Source: Camelus ferus
Lineage: Eukaryota
Direction of reading: 5' to 3'
Assembly (NCBI RefSeq): GCF_009834535.1
Contig: NC_045697.1
Span: 39,186,001-39,250,000 of the forward strand
DNA length: 64,000 nucleotides
The notes beneath the pieces were generated by a model. The model was not told the DNA's origin and searched no databases. It saw only the letters and a program-made list of their open reading frames with translations. This document shows, piece after piece, positions 59,626 to 64,000 of this stretch (positions are counted from its first letter, which is position 1; the number at the start of each line of letters is the position of its first letter). A program made the translations under genes and the position numbers.

Positions 59626-62189
59626 GCTATGTTTCTTAATAAAGACTTCAAATACATAAATACTGCAATGGCTTGGTTTTTCTAATGACCCATTTTGAGC
59701 CCAACCCAGGATACCATCTCTCACAAATATCTCCTGTTCCTTCCACTTCATCATCCCACTAATTCCTATCCATCTTGAGTTTAACTCATTTCAAGGATCC
59801 TCTCTTTACCCAAAAATCTAGCTATGCTGTGCTCCAAAGTGCCTCATGCACAACTTGTGCCTGTACACAAATCAACTAATCACATGTCTGTCTCCTCTGC
59901 AGAACAATGAATTCCTCCCGGGCAGGGCTGTGTATTATTTAACTCTGTGTCTTCGTTGCTTACTATAATATCTGGCATCTGGGAGAATCTTAACAAATGT
60001 CCACTAGTCAGAACTCTTCAATAATTTTGAAGACTTCTTGCTGCAGGAAAACTTATCAATAGAAAAAAATTTCATCCACTCAAACTTCCTTAAGCAGTTT
60101 TAATAAGAATTTGGCAAAACATTATTCCTCCCAGCTTCTTCTGAACTGTAAGAATGCAAACAAAACTGTTCCTTGAATCATATATAATTAATGCAATGAT
60201 TATTAGAGCTGGATTACTTGTTTTAAATAGGTCATTACGATACAGTACAGTTGTAATAGTTGTCTTATACATGAACATTGTAATACCTTGAGATCCCTTG
60301 AATAATTGATATACACATTCTATTTATGTCATTCTACAGAATTAAGAACATAATGTTATTTTAAATGACTGTAGAGATTTTAGTATTTGTTAGTTTTTAA
60401 CTCTGAATCATTTTGTTGTTGAATTCATGATCAGAGAAGCCAGGCCTAATAGTAACATTGTTTCTCCAGGAAAAAAAAAGATACACCTCACGCTGAGGTG
60501 CTTTATGATATAACTTCTAGGAATGTCTTATAGAGAAATGTGGAGACTCTGTATAGTACATGGATAATTAGTGAAGCAAGTTAATCCTCGAAATGATAAA
60601 TAGAAACAATAATCCATTAGGTGATCAGGAAAATCAAGTACTTTTCTTAATTAGGAAGTTGTTTTTGCATTCATTTTTCATATAAAAAGCTTCCAGAAAA
60701 TCTGGTAATGTTTAGAAAAATGTAATCTTGTCGGAGATACCTTCAATCTATAAAAAAAAAAACATTATCTATGTATCTAGACTTTGTGTATCATGTATTT
60801 TATGTGCATGTATATATTTTCTGTGATACACACACAAATAGATCTTCACATTTGGCATGGTTAATAGCCATGCCTTCCAGGGTAGGGAATCAAGTCTTAG
60901 AATTTCTGTTCCACTATGTTACTTGCACTTCATGGACTGATTAGAGGTTGGCTTCTGTCTTCACCTATGCCAAAAAGCAGGCTTAAGACACGGCAGCCAA
61001 ACTGGATGTGTGTTTACAAAATGCCTTTGTCCCATTTCTATTTGGATCCTCACCTGAACATCAGTAATGTCTCAGCTACCATGATGATGGTGAATACCAG
61101 CCATAGAAAATGGAGCCAACTGGGTACCACAGTATTAATATAGTTACGAACGCACGTGAGTCTGTAAGACCATAGAAACAAAATAGAGCCTAATTTTCTC
61201 TAGGTAGGCATCAACCCCACTGACTCATCAATAATGATAGCCGTGGTGACTTCAGGTTTCAGAAAGTAAAGTGAGATAGCGGGTACAGCTCTGCCCTTGG
61301 GTGAAGTGAGAAGAAAGGTAGACTATGAGGAGTCTATTTTTTTTTTTCTTTGAGGTTCCAGGTTTCCCTACCATTCTATGAAATAAATCAGATTTTCCAC
61401 TTTATGCAAATCCAGAAAACACCATTTACATATAGCAAAGTTAAGCTGAACTCCTTGAGTCATGCAATTTCATGATAACTAGATACACTTAACCAGTCTG
61501 GAGCAAATGGAATACATTCATCAACCTGCAAACAACCTGCTTATGACATGAGTTTATTCATTTATTAATTCAGTTCTTCTTAATGACTGATGTGGTGATG
61601 CTGAATGCCACATCACTGTTTATCCTTGCTATGGTTTCACATCCATTACAGAAAACAAAATCAGGAACTATATCTTGTTTTTCATTTATTTCTGGTTAAT
61701 TTTTCTTTTGTGATGTGATACTGCACATTTCCAAGAAGAATTTTTATATTCTGCATTGAAAACCAATGTTCCATCTAATTTATTGTAGGTTAAGCCTGTC
61801 AAAAAGAAAAAAGCAAGAGGCCAGCTGGTTGACTAACTATTTTAAGCAGGATCTCTTGGGGATTCAGTACTTGTGAGGCTAACACAGGCCAGGTGTTTAG
61901 CTTCGCAGTTTGCTAAAATCAATTCTATCAGTTCATCCCAAGTGGAATTAAACTCTGGGGAGATTATTTGGACTGGAAAAACTCACAAGAGACAGGCATG
62001 CAAACCACAGTATCAATTTATTTGCATAGGTTAACAAGCTTGGCAGGGTAAGTAACACGGATCAGGATAATGCACTGAGGAAACTGAACTAGAGATGAAA
62101 CTGTTGCTTGTGTGCTCAGCCTTAGAATAATGGGAGTTAAGAATTCTCAAGATGTATTCTATTGGGTTAAACTAGTTGTTAAAGTAATA

Positions 62190-63125
62190 TTTTAAAACAA
62201 TTTTATTGAGATATCATTCACATGCCATACAATTCACCCTTTTAAAGGGTACTATTGAATTTTTTTTAGTATATTCACTCCTAATTTTAGAAATTTCCAT
62301 TATCTCAAAAAGAAATCCCATACCCATTACCAGTCACTCCCCACTCCCTCCTCCCCTCAGCCCTAGGCCTGCGGCAACAACTAATCTACTTTCTGTCTCT
62401 ATAGATTTGCATTTCCTGGACATTTTATCAATAGTGCACAACAATATGTGGTCTTGTGTGGCTGGTTTCTTTCAATTAGCATAATGTTTTCTAGGTTTAT
62501 CCATGCTGTAAGATGTATCAATACTTTGTTACTTTTTATTTCTGAATAAAATTATATTTTATGGATACATTACATTTTATTTATTCTTTCCTCAGTTGAT
62601 AGCTATCTGGGTTGTTACTGTTTTTTGGCTGCCATGAATAATGCTGCTGTGAACATTCACATACAAGCTTTTGTGTGGACATATGTTTCATTTTCTCTTG
62701 GGTATATACTTAGGATGGGATTGCTGGGTCATATGATAACTCTGTGTTTTACTTTTGGGCGAACTGATGAGCTCTTTTCCAAAGGAGCTGCACCGTATTC
62801 AATTCCCATCAGTAATTGTGAGCATTCTATTTCCTCCACAACCTCACCAGCACTTGTTATTTTCTGTTGCTTGTTAGTAGACAACCTAATGGGTGTGAGG
62901 TAGCATCTCATTGTGCTTTTGATTTGCATTCCCCTAATGGCTAAGGATACTGAACATCTTTTCATGTGCTTATGGACTGTATATCTTTGGAGAAATGTCT
63001 ATTAAGATCTCTTGCCCGCTTTTTAATTGGAGCACGTATGAATATTTCATCCTTTTCATTGACAAATAATATTGTATGGATATACCACATTTTATGTATC
63101 CATTTATCAGTTGATGGACATTGTT
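62190..63125 (-). mobile_element. L1MB-like 3' UTR and ORF2 end
   Basis: ttttattgagatatcattcacatgccatacaattcacc...ctaatctactttctgtctctatagatttgc; ORF 62729-62965 resembles the ORF2p C-terminus. Confidence 0.88.
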
Positions 63126-64000
63126 GAACAATTTTCATATTTTTATGGAAAATGCTGGTGATCTCAACAGGATGGAGAACCAGGGAAATTTGGACTATGG
63201 AAACTAATTTGGTTTATGAACATGACACAGGAAAAAAAAGTAATAGTGTCTGAAAGAACATAGCAAATGTTATGACATACAGCTAACATCTTTAAGGTGG
63301 GGGAAAGGTGGAGCAGTCTTCAAAGTCTGCTTCCCTCAGAAGGTAGAGCAGTTTTAGGCAAGGCAGCCAGTCTCTAGATAGTGGTTATGCTTGAAGCCGT
63401 GTGCCAATTGCATTCTCTTTCCAGGAGGTCCATCCAATTTAAAGCTGAACTTTACCCAGTCTCTGGAGAAAGTTGCACCTGGGTACCGTTAGCCCTTGGA
63501 GAAAAACAGATGGGCGAGGGATAAGAAGGGTCAGGATCTTAAACAGGCTGGATGAAATACCAGTAGATGAAGCATTCCTGGGACCATATGAACCAGGAAG
63601 ACATGGTGGAGAACAGAGATGAAGGTTGATCACCATTGCAGACATAGTGGCTGAGAGCCCACCTCAGTCATTCCACACTCAAATGTGGAAATTCAGTGAG
63701 ACTATTTCCATATTCCACCAGCTGAAGGATGCTAATCTACTGCTTGTCTTGGTCAGAATTGGCTTTGGACTGAAAGTCTTGAGCATATGTGGTTAAAAAC
63801 CTGAGTTCTGTAGCAACATGGAGCAAGAGAAAGGCAGGGACTTCCAAACCTCTCCAATCAAAAGATGTATTCAGCATTAGCTTATCTATCTACCTGTCTA
63901 TCAATCATCTATCAACTTTTCTCATTAGAAGAAAGTACTAAGTCCTCTTTTGAACCCTTTCTTCTGGGCTTGGAACGGATTTCTGAACCTTTGGTCTAAT

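Overview
Mammalian, repeat-rich DNA, most likely camelid. The basis is two tRNA-Ala-derived Vic-1-type SINEs and camelid/cetartiodactyl-type L1 3' ends, with no Alu, Bov-A or PRE-1 seen. Positions 1-50,000 look intergenic or deep-intronic and hold nested L2, MIR, L1, MaLR/ERVL/ERV1 LTRs and hAT/Tigger DNA transposons. A CpG-rich promoter with a probable first exon of an unidentified + strand gene lies at about 50.1-50.65 kb, followed by what looks like its first intron. I could not support any protein-coding gene; the supplied ORFs are repeat remnants or chance frames. I found no convincing new multi-gene system. The best leads are four: (i) a TSD-flanked, poly(A)-tailed cassette of old L1MC sequence plus non-L1 sequence retroposed into an L1 ORF2; (ii) a young ERV1 solo LTR with a duplicated GATA-bearing U3 end next to the CpG promoter; (iii) two homologous mini-exon-like units in intron 1; (iv) two same-family solo LTRs that mimic a provirus, one having gained a GAS motif. 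Repeat family names come from my recall of consensus sequences, not from a search, and boundaries of old repeats are approximate.
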